From the IMG/VR virus record IMGVR_UViG_3300037478_000223, positions 9,147-73,146 of that record: DNA of 64,000 nucleotides; one strand, 5' to 3'. The DNA comes from a virus (lineage: Duplodnaviria > Caudoviricetes). Shown one piece after another: positions 16,595 to 26,452 of the stretch. Both the position numbers and the translations under genes were made by a program. The notes below the pieces were generated by a model. The model was not told where the DNA came from, did no database searches, and saw nothing but the letters and a program-made list of their open reading frames with translations. The first letter of the stretch is position 1; each line of letters opens with the position of its first letter.

Positions 16595-19164
16595 GCTGTC
16601 GGCACCCCCCCGATGACTTCACGCCGTGCCTGTGTCGCGAACCGGATATTCCATGTCATCTCATCAAGTCGTCCGCCTGACGTCGTCGGGCCGGTGAACA
16701 CCTGCGTCAGGTTCACCCTGTCAGCCCTATCACGTGCCCCTGTGGCGCCCGTTCCGCTCTGGAACGGCGTGGAGGCGAGTGCTGACGGGGCAAGGGGCGC
16801 TAGGGCCCGTTCCATGGCTCTGGCTGGCAGGTTGATGTTCTGCTGGATCCCGTCAGCGATCATCTGGGCGATGGCTTCACCACTGTTCTCCGGTGACCCG
16901 ATTCCGGACAGCGGTCCGACGCGCGCGGGCGAGAACGGGAGGTAGCCCCGGATCGTGCTCGCCACGTTGGACATGGTGGAGGCGATCGTTCCGATGAGGG
17001 AGCTGATCCCGTTGATCAGCCCGAGCATGACGTTGCGGCCAGCGTTGAACAGCAAGCTGCCCAGGTTCCCGAGCGCTCCGACGATCCGGCCCGGGATGGA
17101 GGCGACGAAGCGGATTACCCGGTTGAGTCCGTTGCTCGTGGCCGTGAACACGCGCGAGACGCCTGACTGGAAGGCCGATCGTGCTCGGGACCACAAGGTT
17201 CGTGCGGCTGCCACGATGCCGGTTCCGAGGGCGACGAAGCGGTTTCGGACGTTGGCCACGAACCCGACGACGACGTTGATCGCGTCAACCACGCCTTGAC
17301 GGAAGCGGATGCGCAAGAGCCCCCAGAACTGCTCTACGGTGAGACCGGCCTGGGCTAGTCCCGTGCGGAATGGGTTCGTGATGTTTCTGATGAGGGCCGC
17401 TACAAGCCCAGCGATGACCTGACCTACTCCGGCGACGATCTGTTGAATACCGGCCCACGCCGTTTCCCAATCGCCGGTGAAGACGCCTGTCATGAACGTG
17501 ATCAGGCCGCCCAGGACGTTGAACAGGCCGCCGAGGATATCGACCACGGCCGTGATGGCGGACACGAGCTGCGCGCCGAATAGGTCAAGCAGTAGCCCCG
17601 CGAGGGGTGCGATGAGTGGGAGGAATTCAGCGATGGCGGGTGCGAGGTTCGTTGCGAACAGGTCGCCTATCTGCGCGATTGCTGGACCGAGAGCAGTCAC
17701 AAGAGTGGTCACCAGGGGCGCGAGGGCTTGCACGAGACCGACGATGAGCTGAGCCACCAGGCCGACGACTGGTGCCAGTCCGGTCAGCGCGGTCCCGATT
17801 GCCTCACCGAGCACGATCGCCACGGGCAACAGCGCGTCGCGGAGTGCGTTGATCTGGGGTAGAAGCTGTCCGATGACAGCGAAGAGTCCACCGAACACGG
17901 GGCCGATCACGGCGCCGAGTTCTGAGATGGTCTGTCCGGTCTGGGAGATGAGGTCGAAGAACGAAGCAAGTCCAGCTTGCGCGCCAGCGGTCTGCAAGAA
18001 CTCGGCGAACTGCCCCGTCAGGTCCCGGAAGGTGGACAACAGGCCAGCGCCCACATCCGCACCGGCGCCGAACACGGATACCAGGATGGATCCAACGTTT
18101 CCCACGATGCCGAGTAGGACACCGAGAACGCTGTTGGCTTGATTGACGAACTCGGCAAGCTGACCCGATTGGTTGATCCCCTCAGCCCACTGCGCGAACG
18201 ACTCCCCCACCCGTGTGATGGATTCCGCGAGGGAAGTTGCCGGGCCCGTAGAACCCTCGAACAGACTCAAGATTCCCTGACCGAACGCGCCAATTCCGGG
18301 TAGCAGGGCGGCGAGGGTCCTGTTGAGCCCAGCCATGATCGATTCGATCTGCTGTGCCCCACCACCGGACGTGATGAAGTTCGCGAACCCGCGCGCGGCC
18401 TCGTTGAGTACCTGAGCGGTCCCCGTCAGCCCTGACTCAAGGCCAGGAAGGATCGCCGTGGAGATGTCACGCATGATCCCTGCCACGCCTCGGAAGAGGT
18501 CTTGTTGTACAGCCTGCTGCATGTTGGACCATGCCGGGGCAAGATCCTGAACAGCAGTCACGACGCGCTGTGCGGCAGGTGCGAGGCCATCCATGGCGGC
18601 GGTGAGTGCCTCTTGCGTGGCCTCGGACACCTCGCCGGTTCGCGCAAGTTCCTCCTGAGCCTTGGACTGTGCTTCCATCGCGTCAGCAAGACCTATGGAC
18701 CCCACCCGTACGGCGAGTGCGGCTTGCCCGAGGGACGCGAAGGCGCCACCGGCGGACAGAGCCGCCCCGGATGCTTGCCCCACGGCACCAGCCACGGCGA
18801 CTGCTCCGGCAACGACGCCTGCCAAGGCAGTCGGTATGGGCGCGATGGATCCGATCAGAGCGGCGAAGCCGCCCCCGAGTTTCGCGATTGCGGATCCCTG
18901 TTCGGTGACTGCGCTGCCGATGGTGGATCCGAACCCGCGCCCGAACCCGCGCGTGTAGCTTCGGCCGGATTCCTCGCCTGCGCGCTCTGCTTCGCCGGTG
19001 CCCGCGCCGGTGAGTCCTGCTCCGATGGAGTCGGCTAGTTCATCTCCGACACGTCGGCCGACTCCAGACACGTCGATCCCGGCGAACCCGTTGCTTAGTG
19101 CGTCACGGATTGCTGCGGCGGGGTCGCCTTTGATGTCGAGGTTGACCGGTACGCGGATTGCCAT
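16591..19164 (-). CDS. Tape measure protein (857 aa)
   Basis: Ala/Gly-rich amphipathic helices with periodic Trp/Phe; follows chaperones. Confidence 0.9.
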   Translation of the reverse strand: MAIRVPVNLDIKGDPAAAIRDALSNGFAGIDVSGVGRRVGDELADSIGAGLTGAGTGEAERAGEESGRSYTRGFGRGFGSTIGSAVTEQGSAIAKLGGGFAALIGSIAPIPTALAGVVAGAVAVAGAVGQASGAALSAGGAFASLGQAALAVRVGSIGLADAMEAQSKAQEELARTGEVSEATQEALTAAMDGLAPAAQRVVTAVQDLAPAWSNMQQAVQQDLFRGVAGIMRDISTAILPGLESGLTGTAQVLNEAARGFANFITSGGGAQQIESIMAGLNRTLAALLPGIGAFGQGILSLFEGSTGPATSLAESITRVGESFAQWAEGINQSGQLAEFVNQANSVLGVLLGIVGNVGSILVSVFGAGADVGAGLLSTFRDLTGQFAEFLQTAGAQAGLASFFDLISQTGQTISELGAVIGPVFGGLFAVIGQLLPQINALRDALLPVAIVLGEAIGTALTGLAPVVGLVAQLIVGLVQALAPLVTTLVTALGPAIAQIGDLFATNLAPAIAEFLPLIAPLAGLLLDLFGAQLVSAITAVVDILGGLFNVLGGLITFMTGVFTGDWETAWAGIQQIVAGVGQVIAGLVAALIRNITNPFRTGLAQAGLTVEQFWGLLRIRFRQGVVDAINVVVGFVANVRNRFVALGTGIVAAARTLWSRARSAFQSGVSRVFTATSNGLNRVIRFVASIPGRIVGALGNLGSLLFNAGRNVMLGLINGISSLIGTIASTMSNVASTIRGYLPFSPARVGPLSGIGSPENSGEAIAQMIADGIQQNINLPARAMERALAPLAPSALASTPFQSGTGATGARDRADRVNLTQVFTGPTTSGGRLDEMTWNIRFATQARREVIGGVPTA

Positions 19165-19494
19165 CTATTGGACTCCTTCGTTGAAGGATTCACCGTTACC
19201 GAACTCGTCGGCCATGACATCGGGGTCCCATGACGTACCTTTCAGGGATCCTCTGTAGCCGAGTGGCGGTACCTCGAAGTCGGCGCGTGCCTTCATTGCA
19301 TCCTCTTCGGTTTTCCCTTCCATAATCCAGTAGAAGAGCAGATCGCATAGTTCGTCTGCGGTCAGTCTTCCGAGGTCGATTCCTTGGGAGATTGCGCGGC
19401 CCGTGACTGTCTCGCCCGACGCTTCCGCGATGCAGCGTTGGACGATGTAGTAGGGCGGCCGGAGTCCTTCCCTAGGAGTTGTTCGGCCAGCCAC
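19165..19494 (-). CDS. Tail assembly chaperone, downstream (-1) frame
   Basis: Overlaps upstream chaperone by about 130 nt in the -1 frame; abuts tape measure. Confidence 0.7.
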   Translation of the reverse strand: MAGRTTPREGLRPPYYIVQRCIAEASGETVTGRAISQGIDLGRLTADELCDLLFYWIMEGKTEEDAMKARADFEVPPLGYRGSLKGTSWDPDVMADEFGNGESFNEGVQ

Positions 19495-19799
19495 GCAAGG
19501 TGGAAGTCGTTGAGGATGTCGTCGGGGTCGTCAAGGCGTGCCTGGATCTCTGCCCAATCCTCCTTTCCGAATCCCTTGGCAAGCCATGCTTCCTGGGCGT
19601 CTTCCAGGGCCATCGCGGCTTCGATGGGCTTCATGTGACGTGTGCGACGGCGGGCGAGAAGGATCGGTTTGATGCCGGTCACCTCGAAGATGTACGGCTC
19701 GTCGTCGTCCGACATGCCGGGCAGGTACACCTCTTCTTCGCGCGCTTCGACCTGTGGCGCGTCCTTGGGTGATGCGTCTTCGTGTACTCGAATTGCCAC
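19362..19799 (-). CDS. Tail assembly chaperone
   Basis: Acidic helical protein upstream of tape measure; AGGAGA RBS. Confidence 0.75.
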   Translation of the reverse strand: MAIRVHEDASPKDAPQVEAREEEVYLPGMSDDDEPYIFEVTGIKPILLARRRTRHMKPIEAAMALEDAQEAWLAKGFGKEDWAEIQARLDDPDDILNDFHLAWLAEQLLGKDSGRPTTSSNAASRKRRARQSRAAQSPKESTSED

Positions 19800-19815
19800 G
19801 AGCTGTCTCCTTTCT

Positions 19816-20226
19816 CTATACGGTTGTCATGTTGATGGGGCGAAAGTCGGATTGACCGACTCGGGACATTTCGGCTTCCATGAGGGGGCGCAATCCCTTG
19901 TAGTTGTTCACCCACTTCACGGGCCGGGCAGCACCGGGCCACCACAGGGCGCGCTTACCCCATCGGGAGTAGCCAGCGGCGTTACGGGTCGCCGGGATGC
20001 GCCCGGGGTTACCCATGGGCGAAATGATGGTGGCGCGGCCGTTGCGGGCCGTGACGGTCATCGCGTTCGCGGCGAGACGTCCGGCGGGGTGCTCGTCAAT
20101 GCGTCGCTCTACGCGGCGGACGGTCGCGTGTCCGGCCTCTTCGGCTACTGCGGTGCGGATCTGCCTGACAGTGGAGGCGATCCCGGTGATTGGTCCGCTA
20201 CGTCTGACTCGGATCCGTAGTGCCAT
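19816..20226 (-). CDS. Virion neck/tail completion protein (HK97 gp10-like position)
   Basis: Basic 136 aa, KRALWWPG motif, synteny. Confidence 0.55.
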   Translation of the reverse strand: MALRIRVRRSGPITGIASTVRQIRTAVAEEAGHATVRRVERRIDEHPAGRLAANAMTVTARNGRATIISPMGNPGRIPATRNAAGYSRWGKRALWWPGAARPVKWVNNYKGLRPLMEAEMSRVGQSDFRPINMTTV

Positions 20227-20785
20227 TGCGGCCACCCTCACGGGTGACCGGCTCGTCTTCCGGTCGCGCCAGTCGTCCACCCTCAGCAAGGGCAGGCTGG
20301 GACATGCGGTCAAGGACGTAGTCCCGGATGTCGTTCCGGGTGGCGTTGATGTCTACGGCGATGTTCACGGCCATCGCGTAGTCAATCCACGCCTCTTTCG
20401 ACGCGTTCCCGCGCGGCTGCGGGACAACCGTGGGTTCCGTGTCGGGCGCGGGCTCGGGTGCCGTGTCTTCGTTGCTCTCGTCGTCGGGGTCGGTGGCCGT
20501 GTCTTCGCCGGGCGAGCATTCGAGGCACGGGCCGTTGTCGGCCCCGTCTTCATCGCCGGTGTTGTCCAGCGGCCAGGAGTCGTCTTCGCTGATGTCGGCC
20601 GGTTCGCCGCGCGTGTCCTGGTAGTCGCTGATGCTGGACACCGGCGTGTCGTTGTTGGTCGTGGGGAGCTTGGCCCCGGCAGGGTGGTTGTTCGTTGGTA
20701 CGGCTCGTCGTCGCATGGCGCGTACGCGGCCCAGATCGGGGACGACCACGATCCGGCCATCCCGGGCCCTTCTAACAGCAGACAT
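20198..20785 (-). CDS. Acidic low-complexity protein with PRGNASKEAWIDYA helical domain
   Basis: GGAGG RBS; motif common in actinophage structural regions. Confidence 0.55.
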   Translation of the reverse strand: MSAVRRARDGRIVVVPDLGRVRAMRRRAVPTNNHPAGAKLPTTNNDTPVSSISDYQDTRGEPADISEDDSWPLDNTGDEDGADNGPCLECSPGEDTATDPDDESNEDTAPEPAPDTEPTVVPQPRGNASKEAWIDYAMAVNIAVDINATRNDIRDYVLDRMSQPALAEGGRLARPEDEPVTREGGRNGTTDPSQT

Positions 20786-21290
20786 CGAACCTCCCTCGGA
20801 TGTTCCACTTACCCCCGACGCATCCCCCGCCAACGATGGCTTCCCATCCGTCAACGACGATGCCAGCCTGATCGATACGGCTATTGCGCTCTGGACAGCA
20901 GACTATCCCGCGAAGTATGGCATCGGCATCCAGGGCTTGCCGTACGGCGTCAGATTGCACCGCGTCAACTGACGGGGGTTTCTGGTCGTCGCCGGTTTTC
21001 GCTGCGCACCGGACCGCGCCTACTTCCGCGTTCCACATCCATGCGATACAGCCGCCGTCGTCCTCAATGAGGGTGACGCCCTGGACTGCTGCCCATAGTT
21101 GCCCCTCGCCTCCCCCTGAGCCGCACAGATTGACCTCACACGAGTCCAGCGGGACCTCATCGCCCGGATATACCGCGACACGGCAGAAAGGCGCCATAGC
21201 GGCACATTTCTCGTTTCCGGAATCGTCGGATGTGAGAATGGAAAGGATGTCCGAAAGGGTCTCGATCAGACCGGCCATACCGGCTGTCAC
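20772..21290 (-). CDS. Probable tail terminator
   Basis: Synteny after adaptor; Cys-rich; GTGA coupling. Confidence 0.55.
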   Translation of the reverse strand: MTAGMAGLIETLSDILSILTSDDSGNEKCAAMAPFCRVAVYPGDEVPLDSCEVNLCGSGGGEGQLWAAVQGVTLIEDDGGCIAWMWNAEVGAVRCAAKTGDDQKPPSVDAVQSDAVRQALDADAILRGIVCCPERNSRIDQAGIVVDGWEAIVGGGCVGGKWNIRGRFDVCC

Positions 21291-22210
21291 AGGGTTCCCC
21301 CGCTTCCTTGGCAGTGCTGACCAGGCTTGGGCCAGGTCAGTTCAGAGTGTTGGGGGCCGTCCGGGCGGCGCACGCGCGGTTGAACGGCAAGGTTGTAGTT
21401 GGTGGACTCGATCCACGCATCGAGTTCCCAGATGCCCGTGTGCAGGCGCGCGAGCCCTTCGAAGTTGTCGTTGAACGTCATCGACACGCCCTGCCGGGTG
21501 ATGGTCTGGAGGCGTCGGGGAAGCTGGCAGTCGTCCCGCTTCATGCACGCCTTCAAGACCTCGCACATGAGCGTGCCGGTCATCCACGCCGCCCCGGCCG
21601 GGGGGCACTCGCCTTCGATGACGGTTATGGACCAGGTGCCGGGCCCGTCAACCTTGCTGAGTTCCTGGCATGCTGGCCACTCGCGTCCGTCCGTGCGTAC
21701 GACGCGGCGCTTGTCGTAGACGGCGACCATGCCGCACGGGTCGAAGTCCACGCCATCGATGCGCACGTTGAGGACTTCGGCGACGTTGGGAAGGATGACC
21801 TCCGACACCTCGGAGCACTGGCATCCCTTGACGCACCGGTTACACGTCAGGTTCGTCCAGTCGTAGGAGAACGGGAGCCGTTGCGGGAAGGATTGGAAGA
21901 TGGGCCCGCCGAAGCCGCCACAGCAGTTGATCTGCGGGGCGCACTTCTCTTTGCAGGGGCGCCACGTGCGGGGGCATCCGCCGTACTGCTTCCCGGTGGC
22001 AGCCCACAGGAACCGTGCCGCCCACTGTGCCGCCATGTCCCGGATGGCAGGGTCAACGGTCTCCAGGTCCAGTGAGCAGCATTCGTCACACACGATCGGC
22101 GCAGGCCAGCACACGTCCCCGCACGAGATGAAACCTGGCGACTCGTCGGGGGAGTCGTCCGGCGATTCGACGTCGAACGCGGTTGAGAAAGCGGTTGAGA
22201 AAGCGCCCAC
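21287..22210 (-). CDS. Head-to-tail adaptor
   Basis: AAQWAARFLWAATGKQYGGCPRTWRPC and QTITRQGVSM motifs like cluster-B-type adaptors. Confidence 0.7.
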   Translation of the reverse strand: MGAFSTAFSTAFDVESPDDSPDESPGFISCGDVCWPAPIVCDECCSLDLETVDPAIRDMAAQWAARFLWAATGKQYGGCPRTWRPCKEKCAPQINCCGGFGGPIFQSFPQRLPFSYDWTNLTCNRCVKGCQCSEVSEVILPNVAEVLNVRIDGVDFDPCGMVAVYDKRRVVRTDGREWPACQELSKVDGPGTWSITVIEGECPPAGAAWMTGTLMCEVLKACMKRDDCQLPRRLQTITRQGVSMTFNDNFEGLARLHTGIWELDAWIESTNYNLAVQPRVRRPDGPQHSELTWPKPGQHCQGSGGTL

Positions 22211-22211
22211 G

Positions 22212-22946
22212 CTATACCACCGCCCCGGAAGCGTTTACCCAGTTCGCGCCGTTCCAGAACACCGGGATGCCAAGCGTCGTGTCGAAGTAGAGGAATCCGA
22301 CGATGACTGTCGCGGGCCGGTTCGCCGTCGTACCGCTTGCGGTGGTCCTTAGGGTGGGGAGCACAAGGATGACTCCGGCAGACGGGTGCGCGTTCACCAC
22401 GAACCCCACCCGAGAGGATGTCAGGGTGGTGGTGAGCGTCCCGGTGGCAGACGCATACAACTGGGCGCCGTCAGAGAACGCCGACGTATCGACATCGCGG
22501 ACCAGACCGAACGTCGTCGCCTTGCCGTTGTTGTTGTGCGTCAGGTCGTGGGTCATAACTCCCACGATCGTGCCCATGCCGTTGTCCAGTCCGAACAGTG
22601 CCCGGTTTCCCTGGCCCCCGATGATGCGCACCGGACGGCCGTTCAGCAGGGTCGCGCCGGTCGTGTTGCGTCCCTCTACGTACTGCTCGTGCCCGAGCTG
22701 GAGAGTCACGTCAGGGGTATCGGTCATCACCTCGGGGACACCCTCGGCTGCGTTCCAGTGCATGTGACCGGGCGTGTGCACGCCGGGAACATCGGGGTCT
22801 GTCGTGCTGAACTGGACGGCCTCGATCGGGTCTGTGCCGTCCGTGCGGTGCCACAGCGCTGTCACGGCTGCGCGCACGTCAGAAGCCTTGATCAGCCCTT
22901 CCTCATTGTCCGGGAGCAGATCAAGGATCTCTGCGAGTGTCGCCAT
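22212..22946 (-). CDS. Virion structural/decoration protein
   Basis: Beta-rich; C-terminal GTTANRP...YFDTTLGIPVFWNG module found in virion proteins. Confidence 0.55.
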   Translation of the reverse strand: MATLAEILDLLPDNEEGLIKASDVRAAVTALWHRTDGTDPIEAVQFSTTDPDVPGVHTPGHMHWNAAEGVPEVMTDTPDVTLQLGHEQYVEGRNTTGATLLNGRPVRIIGGQGNRALFGLDNGMGTIVGVMTHDLTHNNNGKATTFGLVRDVDTSAFSDGAQLYASATGTLTTTLTSSRVGFVVNAHPSAGVILVLPTLRTTASGTTANRPATVIVGFLYFDTTLGIPVFWNGANWVNASGAVV

Positions 22947-23016
22947 GCCTCTCCCCTCACCTCATGACGCCGGGGCAGTCCCACACGGGGGACTGCCCCG
23001 GCGTCTCGTTGATCCG

Positions 23017-23799
23017 TCAGGCAGGCACCAAGCACGGGTCAACCGGCGAATCGGCGGACAGACCCACGTACCCGAACTCGGCGGTCGCGGGCAGGCAGTC
23101 CTGGCAGGTCTGGATGTAGGCGGGCGGCGGGACGTCGGTCGCCATCTTCCGCATGATCGAGCCGGGGCGCATCGGGTCCACCATGCGTCCGTCGATGGAC
23201 TGTTGAACGTCGTTGTACGGTCCGCGTCCCCATGCGTGCTGACCCTTGGCGAACCCGCGAAGCGTGATGCCCCAGATGACGTCAGTGCCGCCCCACTCGA
23301 TCTCGCCGTCAAGCTGCCAGTTCTCGACGCACGGGAAGACCGCGTATCCGTAGCGTGCTCCGGCGCCACAGTCGATGCCGGAGACGCCGGTCCACATCTC
23401 CAACGCGATCTCGTTGGTGTTGATGCCGTCCATGACGTCGAAGCCCACGGCGTTGCAGTTCATGTCCATGACGATCGGCCAGCCGGTGAGCTTCGCGATG
23501 AACCACGGATCGACCTGGCACAGGCGCACGGACACGTTGAACCCGTTCAAGAGGTCCGGGTCCTTTTCGCTGAGGCAGATGTCGCCGTTGGCCTTGCGTT
23601 CGATCGTGCGTTCGCCCTCTTCCACGTCCGCCTCAGCGGTGACCGTGGTGAACGAGTCCGTGACGGCGATGGTGCAGTCCATGGCCGGTGACTCGTCGCC
23701 GGGTGACTCGTCGGCGGGGGGCGGCGGGGTGCAGCAGTCGTCGAGTTCCGTCACTCGGAGACTGTGCGCGCGGAATGGCTTGAAACACTGCTGAGGCAT
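23017..23799 (-). CDS. Major tail protein
   Basis: 260 aa, ERKANGDICL and GITLRG...WGRGPY motifs, synteny. Confidence 0.75.
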   Translation of the reverse strand: MPQQCFKPFRAHSLRVTELDDCCTPPPPADESPGDESPAMDCTIAVTDSFTTVTAEADVEEGERTIERKANGDICLSEKDPDLLNGFNVSVRLCQVDPWFIAKLTGWPIVMDMNCNAVGFDVMDGINTNEIALEMWTGVSGIDCGAGARYGYAVFPCVENWQLDGEIEWGGTDVIWGITLRGFAKGQHAWGRGPYNDVQQSIDGRMVDPMRPGSIMRKMATDVPPPAYIQTCQDCLPATAEFGYVGLSADSPVDPCLVPA

Positions 23800-23811
23800 G
23801 GAAGTTCCCTC

Positions 23812-24672
23812 CTAGCAAGTCTTGGTGACGGTTGACGGGACAGCGAAGGTCGCGCACGTGGAGAACGCCGTCAGCGCGACGCGCTCACTGCGCGCTGACG
23901 CGGTGTTGTCCTGACGGTTGATCGCATCAACCATGAGGTCGTCACCGACACCGGCCCACAGCCCGGCGGTGCCGTACATCCACAGTTCGTCGCCCCGCGC
24001 CGGGACGCCGGTCGGGTCGTCCCACTTCATGCAGTCAGTGAGCGGGTCGCACAGTGGCGGTCGTCCATCGAATCCGGCATCGACCACGATCCGGTTTCCT
24101 GCGAAGGTGACCCAACGGCCAGGCTGGCCGGTGATGGCGAAGTTGATCCGGGGAATGATCTCCGGGGCGAGCAGAATGAATCCGCGTCTACCGCCTGTGG
24201 TCTCCATCAGGTTGCGTTCCAGGCAAGCCAGAGCCGCGTATGCGTCGGGGAAGTCGCCTTCGAGCGCGGTTGCGTCGCACTCCAAGGACGGGTTGCCGAT
24301 CCTTCCCTCAGCCTTTTGGTTGGCGTCACGGATGGAGGCGCGACCGGTCAGGAGTTCACGGGCGAGAGCGAACCCGGCTGTCTCGTCCAGGGTTTGCGCT
24401 GCGACCTGTCGAATGTTGAGGCCACCCAGGGTGGAGCATTCGAGGGCCGTAATCAGAGCGACGGGCCGAAACGTCTCGGTCGATGCCCTCTGTGTCGGTT
24501 TCAGGTCCGGGCACGTGGGGCACTCACCCATGACGGTGGGTGTGAGGCATGCCGTGTCTTGGAATGACACGCCTCGCTGCCAGCCCTCGGGTAGTGGGCA
24601 GGCTCCCGACAGGAGTCCGCCCACTACCGGGGGCGTGCACCGGTCCAGTTCAACGGGGACCGGGATGGGCAT
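23812..24672 (-). CDS. Second capsid protein (major capsid pentamer-like)
   Basis: 286 aa immediately after the 587-aa capsid; W..GVSF and VVDAGFDG...MYGTA motifs. Confidence 0.65.
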   Translation of the reverse strand: MPIPVPVELDRCTPPVVGGLLSGACPLPEGWQRGVSFQDTACLTPTVMGECPTCPDLKPTQRASTETFRPVALITALECSTLGGLNIRQVAAQTLDETAGFALARELLTGRASIRDANQKAEGRIGNPSLECDATALEGDFPDAYAALACLERNLMETTGGRRGFILLAPEIIPRINFAITGQPGRWVTFAGNRIVVDAGFDGRPPLCDPLTDCMKWDDPTGVPARGDELWMYGTAGLWAGVGDDLMVDAINRQDNTASARSERVALTAFSTCATFAVPSTVTKTC

Positions 24673-24673
24673 G

Positions 24674-26437
24674 TCAGGCCGCCAGTTCCATGGCCGGTGA
24701 GTCGATGGTGCACGTCTCGTTGGAGCAGCCGCAACCGGACAGGATCGGCAGATCGAAGTAGTACGCGGAGCAGCCTCGGAAACAGGTCTTCTCGAAGCTC
24801 TCCGCGAACGCCTGACGGTCGTTCGTCGAGTTGAGCATGCTGTCCGTGATGTTCGTGCCCAGGTCCAGCGTGCCGCCGTCCAGGAACACGAACGAGTCCA
24901 CGGGGTGGACGTAGACACCGGCGCTCGCGGGGGTGTCGCCGGGCATCATGACGCGGTGCTCGTTGAACTGCGGGTCGAAGGTGCCGTCGAACGTCCACAC
25001 GACGTCCACGCCGATGGAAGAGAGCCATCCGTTGATCGTGGCGTCTGCGACCTGGATGACGTCGATGTTGTTCGCGACGCCGAGGTTGGTGATGACCTGG
25101 TTGCGGATGTAGTCGCGAATGAACGCGTCTGCGATGACGCGGTAGCGGCGGGACATGTTGCGCTGCGCGGACCGGTCAGCGGCGACCACGGTGTTGATGC
25201 CCGTGAGGAACGTCTGGAGCGTGTTGCAGCCGTCCATGGTGCCGAGGTCCACGCTGGCTGCGTGGATCTCTTCGATGATCTTCTGTTCGGCGACGCGGTC
25301 GAACTCCGCCTTGAGGAGTGCGAGGGTCGCTGCCCAGAACTCCGGGGAGAAGATGGCCTGGAAGTTCCCGACTGTGACACACCGCGTCACCGCGTCAGTG
25401 GCGCAGGTCAGTTCCTCGGGGCACGTGATCGGCGGGCAGGGCTTGGACGGGAGCGGGGGGGAGCCGGGGGACCATCCGGGGCTCTGGTTCAGGCATGCGG
25501 CTTCGTCCATCTCCAACGTCCAGATGGAGACGTTCTCGCGCAGGTCACCGATGCTCATTGCGGGGGCAAAGGTGATCTTCCCTCTCGTGGCCTGGAAGTT
25601 GGGCAGGGCGTCCCGGATGGGGCGTCCCTCTTCGGAGCAGATGGGGTGGCTGTGGTCCACGTCGCCGGGCCCGCACAGGCCACAGGCGGCGGCGACGGGC
25701 GTCTCCTTGGAGTCGGCGGAGCCGGTTCCGAACAGGTCCAGCATGCGCCGGTTGTTGACGTCGGAGTTGAATCCGAGCTGTCGGGACTCGTCGAACTCGC
25801 GCGTGATGCGGAACAGGTTGCCGGTGTCGGAGACGCTGGTGATCTTCTTCGCGTGCAGGGAGAACATGTCGCCCAGTTCGCGGAAGTCGCCGTTGTCGAG
25901 TCGGTCACCCTGGGCGGGGCCCAGGCCAGCCATGCGCATGCCCTTGCGGGGCACGGTCTCGATGACCTGTGCGGGGGCGCGGCGGGATCCGATGGACTTG
26001 ATGCGCGCGATGATGTCGGACGCGGATGCGGCGACGGGCTCTTCGGCCTTCTTCTCCTGCTTCTGCCCCGACGTGTCACCCGAGCCGGTGCCGTCGTCGT
26101 TCTTGGACGACGCGCCGGTGTCGCTGTCGGCGGTCTTCTTGTCGCCGGACTTGCTGTCGTCGTCGAACAGGTCACCGGCGAGTTCGTCAAGCTGTGCCTT
26201 GGTCTCGGCATCTTCCTTGGCGCGGGTGTCGAGTTCGGATGCGATCTTGTCCACGCCTGCGCGGAGCTGAGCGGCGAGGGCCTTCGCTTCCTTGGCTTCG
26301 TCGCCGGAGGACTCGCGGGCGTCGGTGATAGCGGCCCTGAGAGCGTCGCGCATGTCCGTGTGTGCGGCGGTGAGGTCGCTGGTTGACGGCTTGTTGTCGC
26401 TGTCGAGTGCAGCGAGGATCTTCAACGGGTCCTTCAT
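24674..26437 (-). CDS. Major capsid protein (hexamer-like) with N-terminal scaffold-like region
   Basis: Charged helical/low-complexity N-terminus then capsid-like region (IRDALPNFQATRGKI, FLDGGTLDLG...FAESFE). Confidence 0.8.
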   Translation of the reverse strand: MKDPLKILAALDSDNKPSTSDLTAAHTDMRDALRAAITDARESSGDEAKEAKALAAQLRAGVDKIASELDTRAKEDAETKAQLDELAGDLFDDDSKSGDKKTADSDTGASSKNDDGTGSGDTSGQKQEKKAEEPVAASASDIIARIKSIGSRRAPAQVIETVPRKGMRMAGLGPAQGDRLDNGDFRELGDMFSLHAKKITSVSDTGNLFRITREFDESRQLGFNSDVNNRRMLDLFGTGSADSKETPVAAACGLCGPGDVDHSHPICSEEGRPIRDALPNFQATRGKITFAPAMSIGDLRENVSIWTLEMDEAACLNQSPGWSPGSPPLPSKPCPPITCPEELTCATDAVTRCVTVGNFQAIFSPEFWAATLALLKAEFDRVAEQKIIEEIHAASVDLGTMDGCNTLQTFLTGINTVVAADRSAQRNMSRRYRVIADAFIRDYIRNQVITNLGVANNIDVIQVADATINGWLSSIGVDVVWTFDGTFDPQFNEHRVMMPGDTPASAGVYVHPVDSFVFLDGGTLDLGTNITDSMLNSTNDRQAFAESFEKTCFRGCSAYYFDLPILSGCGCSNETCTIDSPAMELAA

Positions 26438-26452
26438 GGCGATTTCCACCAA

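Noticed and set aside
22179-22205. 12-bp tandem GCGGTTGAGAAA repeats
   Set aside because: Encodes the AFST-AFST-AF N-terminus of the adaptor; coding micro-duplication only
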